The position numbers and the translations under genes were made by a program. From an uncultured delta proteobacterium (GTDB lineage: Bacteria; Desulfobacterota; Binatia; UBA9968), in NCBI GenBank assembly GCA_963728565.1, contig CAVSLC010000001.1, positions 116,118 through 180,117 of the forward strand: a stretch of 64,000 nucleotides of DNA, given 5' to 3'. Shown piece after piece: positions 51,029 to 61,025 of the stretch; the stretch's first letter is position 1, and the number at the start of each line of letters is the position of its first letter. The notes beneath the pieces were generated by a model. The model was not told where the DNA came from, made no database searches, and saw only the letters and a program-made list of their open reading frames with translations.

Positions 51029-51817
51029 GTGAACAAGCCGCGAGAACCGCGAGCGGGTGAGAAGCTAAGCGCTCAAGAAGCAAAGGCCTATGTCGAGTAT
51101 CTCTATTCGACGCTCGCCAAAGCATCGCATGAGAAGATTCACAATGGGCCTTTCATGCGTCAATTGCGCGATGGAACTTTACCCCTGCCGGTGATCCGCC
51201 AATATTTCAAAAACTGGGGACACTTCTCGATGGAGGCCAATGGCCTGGATGCTGTCTCTTACTACACTCATCTTCCCTTCTTCGTTCGCAATTTCGACCT
51301 GCTGGGACCTTTCTGCGCCAAGGTCGCCGACAAATTGATTTCTCCCAAGGCGCCTGGACACGTGCTGCTGCTGTTACAGACTGCAGAAGCGTTGGGGCTT
51401 AGCCGAAAAGAAATGTTGGAAGACCCTTATCTGCCGGCGGCGCGCGCGATCAATGACTTCTGCCATAAGATCTTCATCGATGGGTCCATCGCCGAACTCT
51501 GGGGTCTTCATGTTTACGAAGAATCTCTGTCTCGCTGGATGGGCGAATGGTATACCGCTTTGACGGCAAAGTACGGCTTTACCAGGGAGCAGGCGCTTTA
51601 CTTCTCCACTCGTGAAAAAGCCGAGGTAGACAGCAGCGATCTAGGCGCAGGTGACGGCAAAATGGGCGGCGGCGGATTCAATCGGACCGTCCTCGAACGC
51701 GTCCTCCAGGACCGAGTAGAATTTCGCGCCGGCTATAGCATCGAATACTGCGCCTTAACGATGATCGAGCTGCACGCACAAATGCAGCAAGCCGCTACGG
51801 ACAACCCGTATCCGTGA
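51029..51817 (+). CDS. Heme-oxygenase-like (TenA/PqqC/CADD) fold protein, degenerate metal site
   Basis: PFMRQLRDGTLP..IRQYF, PGH...AEALGLSR, VYEE, KYGF....LYF; AGAGG RBS before GTG. Confidence 0.7.
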   Translation: MNKPREPRAGEKLSAQEAKAYVEYLYSTLAKASHEKIHNGPFMRQLRDGTLPLPVIRQYFKNWGHFSMEANGLDAVSYYTHLPFFVRNFDLLGPFCAKVADKLISPKAPGHVLLLLQTAEALGLSRKEMLEDPYLPAARAINDFCHKIFIDGSIAELWGLHVYEESLSRWMGEWYTALTAKYGFTREQALYFSTREKAEVDSSDLGAGDGKMGGGGFNRTVLERVLQDRVEFRAGYSIEYCALTMIELHAQMQQAATDNPYP

Positions 51818-51896
51818 ATGAGGATTGGCGATCAAGATCGCCGTGGGATCGCGGGTTGGTGCAACACCCATGACAATATCGTCGATCGCGCTTTAG

Positions 51897-52973
51897 CTAG
51901 CGCACCTGGCCGCCAGGCAAGTGCGCAAACGCGCTCATCTCGTTAGGGAAGCATACCGGCGGCGCTTTACATACATATTTTTCTGAGATCTGATCGATTC
52001 GGGTTACACCGAGCAGGCCCATATCGATGACCAGCTCTTCTTCGAGCAACTCGAGGACGCGAACCAAGCCGGCTTGTCCCCCCGCCCCCAGACCCCAACC
52101 CTGAAGCTTGCCGATTGTTACCGCTTTGCATCCAAGCGCCAAGGCTTTCAAAACATCCGTGCCGCGCAAAATACTTCCATCAAGAATGATGTCGGCTTTG
52201 CCGCGCGCGACTTGAACGATCTCAGGCAGCACATCCATGGTTCCGCGTCCATGATCGAGCTGGCGGCCGCCATGATTGGATATATAAATCACGTCAACTC
52301 CATGATCGAGCGCGATCTTGGCATCTTCAGCTGTCGCAACCCCTTTGAGAATAAACGGCAGCCCGGCCATCTTCTTGATGGCCGCCATCATTTCCCAGGT
52401 CAAGGTCGCTTGAAAGTGGCGCGTCGTTTCAGTCCGCTTGTTGGGCGGCAACCAACGATTCATCATCTGGCGCTCGCGCCGGCTGTAATGAGCCGTGTCG
52501 ACCGTAAGACACAAGGCCATGTACCCGGCCCGTTTCACCCGCTCGATGATTTCCTCACACCAGTCCAGGCCGCCGCGAATGTAGAGCTGGAATATCTTTG
52601 GATGATTCGTGCTGGCGGCGATTTCCTCCAGACTGGGCTGGGTTACCGAACTGACAAAATTCATCGTGCCGAACTCCGCTGCGGCCTTTGCAACCGCGAC
52701 ACCGCCCTCCGCGGTAATCGTTTGCAGCGAGCCGATGGGCGCCATCATCACGGGAATTCGCAGCTTCTGCCCCAGGAAAGTCGTCGAGGTGTCGATCTTC
52801 GAAACATCCACGCAGATTCGCGGGCACAACGCGAGACTATCGAAGGCAATGCGGTTGCGCCTCATGGTTGTTTCAGACTCAGCGCCGCCACTCAAGTAAT
52901 CCCAAATGTCCTGTGTGAGATTGCGCCGCGCCGCCAGAATGATTTCTTGGTTAGTGACAAAATCGATGCTCAT
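51897..52973 (-). CDS. FMN-dependent alpha-hydroxy acid oxidase/dehydrogenase
   Basis: GGAESETT, FQLY, LTVD, ILKG, SNHGGRQLD. Confidence 0.93.
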   Translation of the reverse strand: MSIDFVTNQEIILAARRNLTQDIWDYLSGGAESETTMRRNRIAFDSLALCPRICVDVSKIDTSTTFLGQKLRIPVMMAPIGSLQTITAEGGVAVAKAAAEFGTMNFVSSVTQPSLEEIAASTNHPKIFQLYIRGGLDWCEEIIERVKRAGYMALCLTVDTAHYSRRERQMMNRWLPPNKRTETTRHFQATLTWEMMAAIKKMAGLPFILKGVATAEDAKIALDHGVDVIYISNHGGRQLDHGRGTMDVLPEIVQVARGKADIILDGSILRGTDVLKALALGCKAVTIGKLQGWGLGAGGQAGLVRVLELLEEELVIDMGLLGVTRIDQISEKYVCKAPPVCFPNEMSAFAHLPGGQVR

Positions 52974-53205
52974 CAGAGATCTCCTTTTCAGTCATGCGAC
53001 TTTTGATCACCCTCAAGTCGATGGGCGAGAGATTATCTAACAGGTCGGGCAACTGTCAAACCAGAGATGATTCGAATGAGACTACGCGACCTACATGGCG
53101 GCAAATCGATGATCAAGAGAGATAGTGATGGGCTCGGCCGCATGTTAGATTGACGCTGTTTAGGTGATAGCAGACGCTGGAAGCCCAATAACGAATCGAG
53201 ACAAA

Positions 53206-53505
53206 ATGGCGATACCCTGGTTTCAAATTGTTAAATTGGTTCCCGAAATCGTGTCCTTATCTAAGCAGCTGCTACAGCAGACCAGAACCGACCCATCATC
53301 CGGGGCTAAGCCGCTTGAGGCTAGGGTCGCCGAGCTCGAGCTCAATGAACGGAAGCAAGCCGAGCTCGTGGCCAGCATGGCTCAACAACTAGCGGCGATG
53401 GCCGATGCCCTCACCGCCCTGCGCAAACAGTTTGCGGCATTTCGACTGATTTCGATAATCTCCCTATTATCCGCCATAGCGGCGATCATACTGGCGCTGG
53501 CTTAA
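53206..53505 (+). CDS. Small coiled-coil protein with C-terminal membrane anchor
   Basis: MAIPW N-terminus, LEARVAELE heptads, hydrophobic C-terminus. Confidence 0.65.
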   Translation: MAIPWFQIVKLVPEIVSLSKQLLQQTRTDPSSGAKPLEARVAELELNERKQAELVASMAQQLAAMADALTALRKQFAAFRLISIISLLSAIAAIILALA

Positions 53506-53537
53506 ATTTTCCGCGGTAAACAAGCACCGCAACAATC

Positions 53538-54140
53538 ATGGAAACTCCCGACACCATCCGCGAATATTGGTTCGGCACCGCCTTGGAGGATGCCGCTGTC
53601 ACGGCTCGCCAACGGGCACAGTTGTGGTGGTCGAAAAACCCGGAAGTTGATGATGAGATTCGCCGGCGCTTTGAAACCTGGGTAATCAAGGCCGGATCGG
53701 GAGAGTTAGACGATTGGGAATTGAATCCGCAGGACCGGCTCGCGTTGATACTGCTTACAGATCAATTTCCCCGAAGTATCTATCGCGATTCGGCCAAAGC
53801 TTTCGCATTTGACAGCAAAGCGCTGTCTCTTGCCCACACCGGCATTGACGCCGGGTTCGATGCTGCCTTGCGCCCCCTCGAAAAGGTATTTTTTTATCTG
53901 CCATTGGAACATTCGGAATCACTTGCAGATCAACAGCAATCGGTAACTCTGTTTCAGAAGCTGGTCGCTGACGCCAGCCCGGATCAGAAGCCCACGTTTG
54001 CAGAATATCTCGACTTTGCCGTGCGCCATCGGGATATCATCAGCCGCTTTGGCCGCTTTCCGCATAGGAACGGAGCGCTCGGACGAATCTCAACACCCGA
54101 GGAGCTGTCGTTCCTGCAACAACCTGGGTCAGGATTTTAG
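53538..54140 (+). CDS. DUF924 family protein
   Basis: YWFG, LTDQFPRSIYR, FFYLPLEHSE, RFGRFPHRN..LGR.STPEE. Confidence 0.93.
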   Translation: METPDTIREYWFGTALEDAAVTARQRAQLWWSKNPEVDDEIRRRFETWVIKAGSGELDDWELNPQDRLALILLTDQFPRSIYRDSAKAFAFDSKALSLAHTGIDAGFDAALRPLEKVFFYLPLEHSESLADQQQSVTLFQKLVADASPDQKPTFAEYLDFAVRHRDIISRFGRFPHRNGALGRISTPEELSFLQQPGSGF

Positions 54141-54358
54141 CAGGCCGCTGAAAAAGACCCATATGCTTCGTTGCGCTCAAATCGCCTCGCTGCAACGTAC
54201 TGTGAGTACGCCTTAGCTCGTCGATTCTTAGCGCGATGATCAAACATAAAACTCATTGGTCTTTAAACACTGTGCAGGCCACTTGACTTTTAAGACGGTT
54301 GCTCGTCTCTGGCTCTTTTTGAGCAGCCTGCAACCAGAGTTTTTCGGCAACCTGCTAA
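54137..54358. mobile_element. MITE-like non-autonomous element with terminal inverted repeats
   Basis: Left TTAGCAGGCCGCTGAAAAA, right TTTTTCGGCAACCTGCTAA, inner second right end TTTTTGAGCAGCCTGC; internal CGTACTGTGAGTACG palindrome. Confidence 0.75.
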
Positions 54359-54434
54359 TACACTTGCTGCCAGCGCATTTCACCCCATTTGATCAATCAG
54401 TCTTCTCCATCCCTGCTGTCGGGTTTGGCGCGGA

Positions 54435-55385
54435 TTAGGGCCGGAGCAAAATCTTTCGCGCACCCCGGCGTCCGGCGTGTTGGATCGCCTCGATGCCCTG
54501 CTCGAGCGGATAAACTTGCTCAATTAAACGTGCGACCGAAACATGGCCGGCGGCGAGCGCTGCCAGCGCGTCAGGAAAAACACCGCAGCGCGAACCTATT
54601 AGATTGATTTCATTGATCACCACAGGCGCCAACGAAACCTGATGAGCTCCGGCGATGGTACTTTTCAACACCAGTGTCCCGCGCGGCCGCACCGCGCTGA
54701 TCGCCAGTTCAAGCCCGGCGGCGGAACCAGTCGCTTCGACGACGACATCGAAAAGGCGCGGGCTCCAATCGTTTAGCAGCATCGTCCGCACTCCGGTCCG
54801 CTTGATCAGATCGAGCTTGTCTTGGTGTCTGCCCAGCGCCGTCACCTTCGCTCCCGTAAGCCGCAGGACCTGGGCGCAAAGATTGCCGAGTTTACCATCG
54901 CCCAGGACCAGGAGCTCGTCCCCCGTGCTAATTTGAATTTGTCGAAGTATCTCAAAAGCGGCGGCGAGAGGTTCAGTGAAGACTGCCTGTTCATCACTGA
55001 TGGAACCCGGCACTGGATGAAGATTTTCCAGCGGCACTGCAACATACTCGGCGAAGGCGCCGTCGGCATTGAGAATACCCATGACGGTTCGGTTCGAGCA
55101 ATGGCGGGTTAGATCACGCGCGCAAAATTCGCAGTGTCCACAGCCGAAGTTAATTTCGCCCACGACCCTCTTGCCTAACCATTCTTTGGGTCCCTGGCTG
55201 ACCGAGCCGACGAACTCGTGGCCCGGCACGCCGCGAAATTTCATGTAGTCTTTGAAGATTTGCAAATCGGTGGAACAGATACCGGCGAGATGAACTTTGA
55301 CGATTGCGGTTTTTTGGTCAGGATTGGGCGGCGGGTAAGAGGAATCGAGGGTTACTGCATCACCATCCCAACAAATCGCCTTCAT
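54435..55385 (-). CDS. Zinc-dependent medium-chain alcohol dehydrogenase
   Basis: GICSTD, GHEFVG, CGHCEFC......HC, GDGKLG. Confidence 0.92.
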   Translation of the reverse strand: MKAICWDGDAVTLDSSYPPPNPDQKTAIVKVHLAGICSTDLQIFKDYMKFRGVPGHEFVGSVSQGPKEWLGKRVVGEINFGCGHCEFCARDLTRHCSNRTVMGILNADGAFAEYVAVPLENLHPVPGSISDEQAVFTEPLAAAFEILRQIQISTGDELLVLGDGKLGNLCAQVLRLTGAKVTALGRHQDKLDLIKRTGVRTMLLNDWSPRLFDVVVEATGSAAGLELAISAVRPRGTLVLKSTIAGAHQVSLAPVVINEINLIGSRCGVFPDALAALAAGHVSVARLIEQVYPLEQGIEAIQHAGRRGARKILLRP

Positions 55386-55397
55386 GGTCTTGCTCTC

Positions 55398-56214
55398 TCA
55401 TGACTTCTTTAACTCGCGCGCCCATTTTGTTTTCGGCCTTGGAACTTCCTGGCCGTCCACAACGATGTCGGCGCCGCGCTCGTGAAAGAAGCAGAGCAAC
55501 GCTTTGATTTTCGGACATTCGGGGATCGGTTCCATGTAGCCCCACACCATGTCTTCAAATTGCTGCTCGCCCAGTTTAACCGACCAGTAATCTGCCGGTC
55601 CTTTATAAGGGCAGCGCGATTTGGTCGCGCTGGGAACCAATAGATCCATGCGCACGTCTTCTTGCGGGATGTAATAACGAACCGGGTGATTGGTTTCGAA
55701 AACCAGCCTGGGCCGGCGAGTCTCGGCCACGAGTTGTCCATCGATATGAATTCGAATGTGCCGTGAGCTGGGTAAAACGTCGACCCGTTTGTACGGATCG
55801 CGGGCATGAACAAAAATCTCTTCATCTTCCTCCAGCCAATGGTCCATTTTGTTCCATTCGAAGGCGAAGTGATTGCGGATTGCGTCTGCCGCGGGCAGTG
55901 GGTCTTGATAGCTCCAGCTGGCATTCTCCGCCTGTTTGCCGCCTTGCGCGATTGACCAGTAAGAAGCTTCGCCCTTGTAGGGACAATTGCTTCTGCGCTG
56001 GCTCGGAGATAACAACTCGGTTCGGACATCCTCCTGGGGAAAATAATAAACCGGCAGGACCTCGGCCTCGCGGACGAGCTTGGCATGTTTGCTGTCGGCA
56101 ATCGTTTCGCCGTTGTAAATGATCCGCACGTGCCTTGGGCTTTCGCTCACATGGACCCAATGCCCGGCATCGCCGGTGACCGGCACACGCTGTTGGGCTC
56201 ACATTGCTCTTCAT
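55398..56214 (-). CDS. Tandem DUF427 protein, +1 frameshift near 56196
   Basis: Two CPYKG(E/P)A.YW repeats; HARDPYKRVD linker; AGGAG RBS before ATG 56214. Confidence 0.88.
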
Positions 56215-56222
56215 CGTCGCTC

Positions 56223-57175
56223 CTATCCGAGTTTCGCCAGCTTCTGCAAACAACGAAGCTCCCGCGGCGGCTTTAGATGCTGCCCCATAATGGTCCAAGA
56301 AACCTCGCCGACATAGATATCGCCGCGCGAATCTATGGCAATCCCGTGCGGCGCAATGAATTGGCCCGGTGCTTCGCCCGCATTGATACCACCGAGCCGC
56401 GCCAAGCGGTTGCCTGCTTTATCATAGATATCCACCCGGTGCCCGAGATTCGGCGCGTCCTTATTCACCGAATACCCCGGCCCCAGTTCGCCGACATAGC
56501 AAAGCGGATCATGGCGAGCGCCGTCCATGTAGAGAGCGCAAGGACGATGCATGTTGTTCCATTGGGTCTCGTACTTGCCGTTGGGATCAAATATTTGGAT
56601 GCGATTATTTTCGCGATCGGCGACGTAAACCCAACCATCTCGATCAGTGCAAATATTATGGACGATGTTGAACTGCCCCGGATCGGAGCCGGACTCTCCC
56701 CAGGACAGCAGCAGTTTTCCGTCGGGTGAATACTTGTGAACCCGCGAGTTGCCGTAACCGTCGGAAACGTAGATCTCTTCCTTGGGAGACAAAGCCACGT
56801 GGGTGCAACGATTGAAAGGCTCGCCACTCTGGTAAGGCGCCGGCTTGCCCGGGATACCGAGGGTAAGGAGAATATTGCCATCCAAAGTGCATTTGCGCAC
56901 CGTGTGGTCACCGTCATCGGTAAGATAGATCGTGTCATCGCGCCCCATGGTTACGCCGTGGGCGCGCTTGAACTTGCCCTCGCCCCAGGAACGCAAAAAA
57001 TCGCCGTGCCGGTCAAAGACGATCACCGGATGCGCGCCGCGCGTAAAGCAGTACACATTATCGTTCTTGTCGACGCCGACGGAGGCGACTTCATGAAAAG
57101 TCCACTCTCCGGAAGCTTGCCCCAGCACTCGATTACTTCATAGCGAAATTCTCCGCTGCCTAAAATGACGCTCAT
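56223..57175 (-). CDS. NHL-repeat beta-propeller, peptidyl-alpha-hydroxyglycine lyase (PAL)-like; -1 frameshift near 57108
   Basis: Corrected N-terminus MSVILGSGEFRYEVIECWGKLP; YVSDGYGNSRVHK, VADRENNRIQ, APHGIA. Confidence 0.88.
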
Positions 57176-57218
57176 AAATCTTTTTCCTGACCGCTATTGA
57201 TAAGCAAGCGGCTGATTT

Positions 57219-57533
57219 TCATTCCGCCTCATGAGCATAGATTTGACGCCATGCTTCGAAACCGCCGCTCATGCTGGCGACATTCTTAAAACCGTTCTCG
57301 ATCAAGTAGGCTGCGGCGCCGAGACTGCTGTTACCGTGATAGCAGTAAACCACGACCGGCTTTTCTTTGTCCGTATTCTGCACGAACTCTTGCACATTGC
57401 CGTCGTGCAGATGCAGCGCTCCTGGAATGTGCGCCGCCTGGTAAGATGCCGGATCGCGAATATCGACGAACACCGCGTGTTCCTGATCGAGCCGCTCTTT
57501 GGCTTGGTGAATCTCTATCTGCGGAATCTCCAT
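57219..57533 (-). CDS. glpE: Single-domain rhodanese (thiosulfate sulfurtransferase GlpE)
   Basis: VDIRDP, HIPGA, CYHGNSS, GGFEAW. Confidence 0.88.
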   Translation of the reverse strand: MEIPQIEIHQAKERLDQEHAVFVDIRDPASYQAAHIPGALHLHDGNVQEFVQNTDKEKPVVVYCYHGNSSLGAAAYLIENGFKNVASMSGGFEAWRQIYAHEAE

Positions 57534-57650
57534 ATCATTTTCCTCGCCTAACGATGTCCTTACTATCAAGGCACATCGGCACTGTCCACAACTTTGGAAT
57601 TTTCCGGCTTCCATATGCCGCGGCCAACTCAGCTGCTATAATCCGGCGCC

Positions 57651-58847
57651 ATGAAACTTTCCCCGCTCTCGTTTTTTTCTCTCGCTGCGGTGTGTTCGAT
57701 TGCGGGTTCATCGGGCGCGGCAATGCTCGCGCCGTTTTCCATGTCGGCCCGTGGCTATTCCGTCGCCTTGGCCGGAATTCCACTGGTGGTCAATGGCGCC
57801 GGCCGGGTCTGTTCAGATTTGTCATCGGGCGTGCTGGCATCATATTTCAGTTCCGGCATGCTGATCATTGCCGCCTCGCTGTTTGCGCTAATCATCAGCA
57901 GCCTGAGCATTCTCTTTCTTCACACCACCGCTATTTTTCTCGTTGCTTTTACATTTCTAGGTATGACCGAAGCGATGTTTGCCTTATCGATCCGCAAGAT
58001 CGCCTTCGACAAGTCCGAACCAGGACAACAGGGCCGCGCTCAAGGGCAAGTTGCATCGGCTCTCGGTATCGGCTTCGCCATAGGTCCGCTGCTGGGCGGA
58101 TTTGCCGGGAAGATTTTTGGACCCGACGCTTTGTTCGTGGTGTATGCCGCGCCGCAACTTTTAAGCTTGTTGTTTCTTCTTCTCGGCGGCGCCCATCGTT
58201 CAGGCAAGATCACCCAAGAACCTTCCGTCCGAATCCTGCGCGAAGGTCAGAAGCTGCTCAGCTCTCCGTCCTTCCTGGCCTCTTGCCTGGCGATCTTTCA
58301 ATCGTTTCTCTTTCTGGTGGGAGTTACCCGGGTGGCCTTTCCCTTCTTGGCCGCTAATCAACGCGGCTTGGGGCTTGATTGGGTTGGAACCATGGTTTCA
58401 ATCTCCCGTTTGGCCGATACAGCCGGGCGTTACAGCGGCGGTTGGTTGTGCGATCGTATCAGACCGCAGCGGGTGATTCTGCTGGGTATTCTGATCGGCA
58501 TCCCGATGTTTGTCCTGCAGGTTTACGGCAACGGAGTAACGACACTCCTGATTCCTTTGTGCGTGATGACCATGGGGTTCGGCTACACCAACGTCGGCGC
58601 CACCACGTTTGCGTTGCAATCCGCCGGCAGCGCCGGCAAAGGGCTGAGCCTCGGGCTTAGCCGCGCGTCCACTTCAATGGGCCAGATGTTGGGCCCGTTG
58701 TTAGCGGGGTTTCTGGTAGAAAAGCTCGGCTATGAGCATGGATTCGAAACCATGGCGGCCATCTCCGCCGTGGTGCTGTTTGTCGTCTGGAGCGGCCTGA
58801 AGAAAAAACCGGCCGGAGCCTTTGCGGACACCGGCCGGTCTAACTGA
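57651..58847 (+). CDS. MFS transporter
   Basis: About 12 TM helices; GWLCDRI, IGPLLGG, LGPLLAG. Confidence 0.88.
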   Translation: MKLSPLSFFSLAAVCSIAGSSGAAMLAPFSMSARGYSVALAGIPLVVNGAGRVCSDLSSGVLASYFSSGMLIIAASLFALIISSLSILFLHTTAIFLVAFTFLGMTEAMFALSIRKIAFDKSEPGQQGRAQGQVASALGIGFAIGPLLGGFAGKIFGPDALFVVYAAPQLLSLLFLLLGGAHRSGKITQEPSVRILREGQKLLSSPSFLASCLAIFQSFLFLVGVTRVAFPFLAANQRGLGLDWVGTMVSISRLADTAGRYSGGWLCDRIRPQRVILLGILIGIPMFVLQVYGNGVTTLLIPLCVMTMGFGYTNVGATTFALQSAGSAGKGLSLGLSRASTSMGQMLGPLLAGFLVEKLGYEHGFETMAAISAVVLFVVWSGLKKKPAGAFADTGRSN

Positions 58848-58868
58848 CCAAAGATACTCCGGATCGGC

Positions 58869-59660
58869 CTAGCGCAAACCTTTGAAGTCTTCGCCCAGGG
58901 CAAGATCTTTCAGATAGGCGATGCTGTCATTGGCATAGCCCACCTGCCCGGCCTTCTCAGCGCGCCAGGCATCGAGATATTTGAGAATCTCGTCCAGCGG
59001 CAACACGTCGGCATACTTCTGGTTCATGTCGAAAAGATTGATAGCATGACAAGCCTCGTGCCGGTCAAAGACGCACTCTTCGGCAACGATCATGCGCAAC
59101 CGATTGGTCGTCCCATCGACAACGCTGGCGCGCACACAGCCGCTAGTGCTTTCGCCGCATGTGAGCACCGTGTCCACCCCTAGAAAATTCAAGTGGGCGA
59201 TTAGGGGCGTACCCCAGAAGGCGCTCGGTGATACCTTTTTCAACACCGTCTCTCCCGGAATCGGCTTTACCTGATCAACGATATCGAACTTTCGCCGCTG
59301 TCGATCGAGCTGTTCCTGGTTCATGTCAGCTCGTTTAGTCTTATCGCGGCGAAATGCCCAAGGTTCGATGGCGACGCCGTCCATCCCGGTGATGTGAATA
59401 ACCGGAATGCCGACTTCCCGCGCTTTGCCGAGCAGCTTCTGAATGTGCGGCAAGGCATTCCATCCTGCCAGCCCGCAACTTCCCGGCCAGGTTTTGATCG
59501 CTTCTACCACAGGTTCCGGCTTGTCGCCGAAAACCCACCGGTAGAGATCAATCAGCAGCAACGCGGGCCTTTCGCCGAAGCCGATTTTGCGCTCAGCCCT
59601 TCCGACCAATGTGGCTTTATCTTGTTCGGTTAAAAAACGGTCCCATACTCGCTCAGCCAT
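58869..59660 (-). CDS. Isochorismatase-family cysteine hydrolase (maleamate/N-carbamoylsarcosine amidase-like)
   Basis: Asp-Lys-Cys triad: LLIDL, KKVSPSAFWGT, GESTSGCVRASVVD; KYAD. Confidence 0.9.
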   Translation of the reverse strand: MAERVWDRFLTEQDKATLVGRAERKIGFGERPALLLIDLYRWVFGDKPEPVVEAIKTWPGSCGLAGWNALPHIQKLLGKAREVGIPVIHITGMDGVAIEPWAFRRDKTKRADMNQEQLDRQRRKFDIVDQVKPIPGETVLKKVSPSAFWGTPLIAHLNFLGVDTVLTCGESTSGCVRASVVDGTTNRLRMIVAEECVFDRHEACHAINLFDMNQKYADVLPLDEILKYLDAWRAEKAGQVGYANDSIAYLKDLALGEDFKGLR

Positions 59661-60059
59661 AGAAGATCTCCTTTGCTGGTTAGGTGTTCGGTCATGTGTG
59701 AGGTGATGACTGGCAAACTATCACTCACGCCGTGAGAGCGTCAAGAAATCCGTTAGCGCCACAATCACGTGAAATTGCCAGGCTCCTGTCGACTGACTCG
59801 CTGCAGGTATTTCACTTCGTATTCGGTCGGTGCGTCGTGTTTGGAAGGCGATGTCCGACATCGCGGCAGGCGCCAATCCTCCAGGGCAGAAGATTACATC
59901 ACTGGCATATAGCTTAGGCTATCTCCTTAGCGTCTTCCCCCGGTCGGCGCCTTATTCAGACGCGAATCCCCCCTATGTCTCGTTTGAAAAATTATCGATT
60001 AGGGCGTAGGTTTTTTTTGCCTAAAGCCGGGACCTGCGCTATACTGCGCGGCAGTCACA

Positions 60060-61025
60060 GTGCAACGCATCATCCTTTCAATACTCTTCTGGCTCATACT
60101 GGTATCCCCTGCAAGAGCTAGTTACCTGACCGCTGCCGAACAGCTTAAAGGTATCGGAGCCTCATTTAGCTGGCACGATGTCAGATCCCGAAGCTTAAAG
60201 ATCGTCGTTGAATACCAAATGAACGGTGAACTGAAACGAGCCAATCTCGGTTCCGGTTTCCTGATCTCGGCCGATGGACTGTTCGTTACAGCGTATCACG
60301 TGATGTCCTATTGCTTGCTTAATCAGAAGGGCAAGAGCCGCTTCGCCGAAACCGTCGATTGCTCGATTGCCAATCCGCGAGCGCGCTACAAAGCTCAAAA
60401 CGGCGATCAGGAGTACGAGATACAGATCTTGTCGCATCTGACGGAAGAGGATTCGACCAGCGGTAAGAAGCAGCATACGCCGGATGAAATCATTAAAAAC
60501 AGAGACTTTGTCATTGGCAGACTAAAAGCCGATGCGCAGACCCGTTTTTCTCATTGGGAGCTGCGGGATTACGACCAGGGCAAAATCAGCCTGAGTAAGC
60601 CGAGGGCCGATTTCGAATTGAAGCCGTTGCGGCCGCCGAGGAAGGTCTTCATCGTCGGCTACCCCCGCGATGGGGAGTTTGAAATTGCTCATGGATTCTT
60701 GAATCTCACCGACGAAAGACATCGCGGCTACTTTGCCGCGGATTATAAACTCTACGAACCGGCCTACCTAAAGACCGAGGGAATCGAACCCGACACCAAG
60801 TGGGGCATTGCCGTTGCCAATCACATGAGCGGCGGTGTGGTGGTTGATGCCCTCGGACATCCGGTAGGCGTCGTCGTCAACGGCAACCAGAATACCGCCG
60901 GAGTTCTTTCCATCGAAAATGTATTAGAAACTTTCTTCTCGCGAAAACGCGATTCCGAGTCTCAGCCAACAGTCATTTTGGCGCCTACCAGCACGCCCCT
61001 GTTCCTCAAACGCGCGCCGGATTGA
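60060..61025 (+). CDS. Secreted trypsin-like (S1) serine protease
   Basis: Signal peptide; GSGFLI..G..VTAYHV, RDFVI, VGYP, HMSGG. Confidence 0.75.
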   Translation: MQRIILSILFWLILVSPARASYLTAAEQLKGIGASFSWHDVRSRSLKIVVEYQMNGELKRANLGSGFLISADGLFVTAYHVMSYCLLNQKGKSRFAETVDCSIANPRARYKAQNGDQEYEIQILSHLTEEDSTSGKKQHTPDEIIKNRDFVIGRLKADAQTRFSHWELRDYDQGKISLSKPRADFELKPLRPPRKVFIVGYPRDGEFEIAHGFLNLTDERHRGYFAADYKLYEPAYLKTEGIEPDTKWGIAVANHMSGGVVVDALGHPVGVVVNGNQNTAGVLSIENVLETFFSRKRDSESQPTVILAPTSTPLFLKRAPD

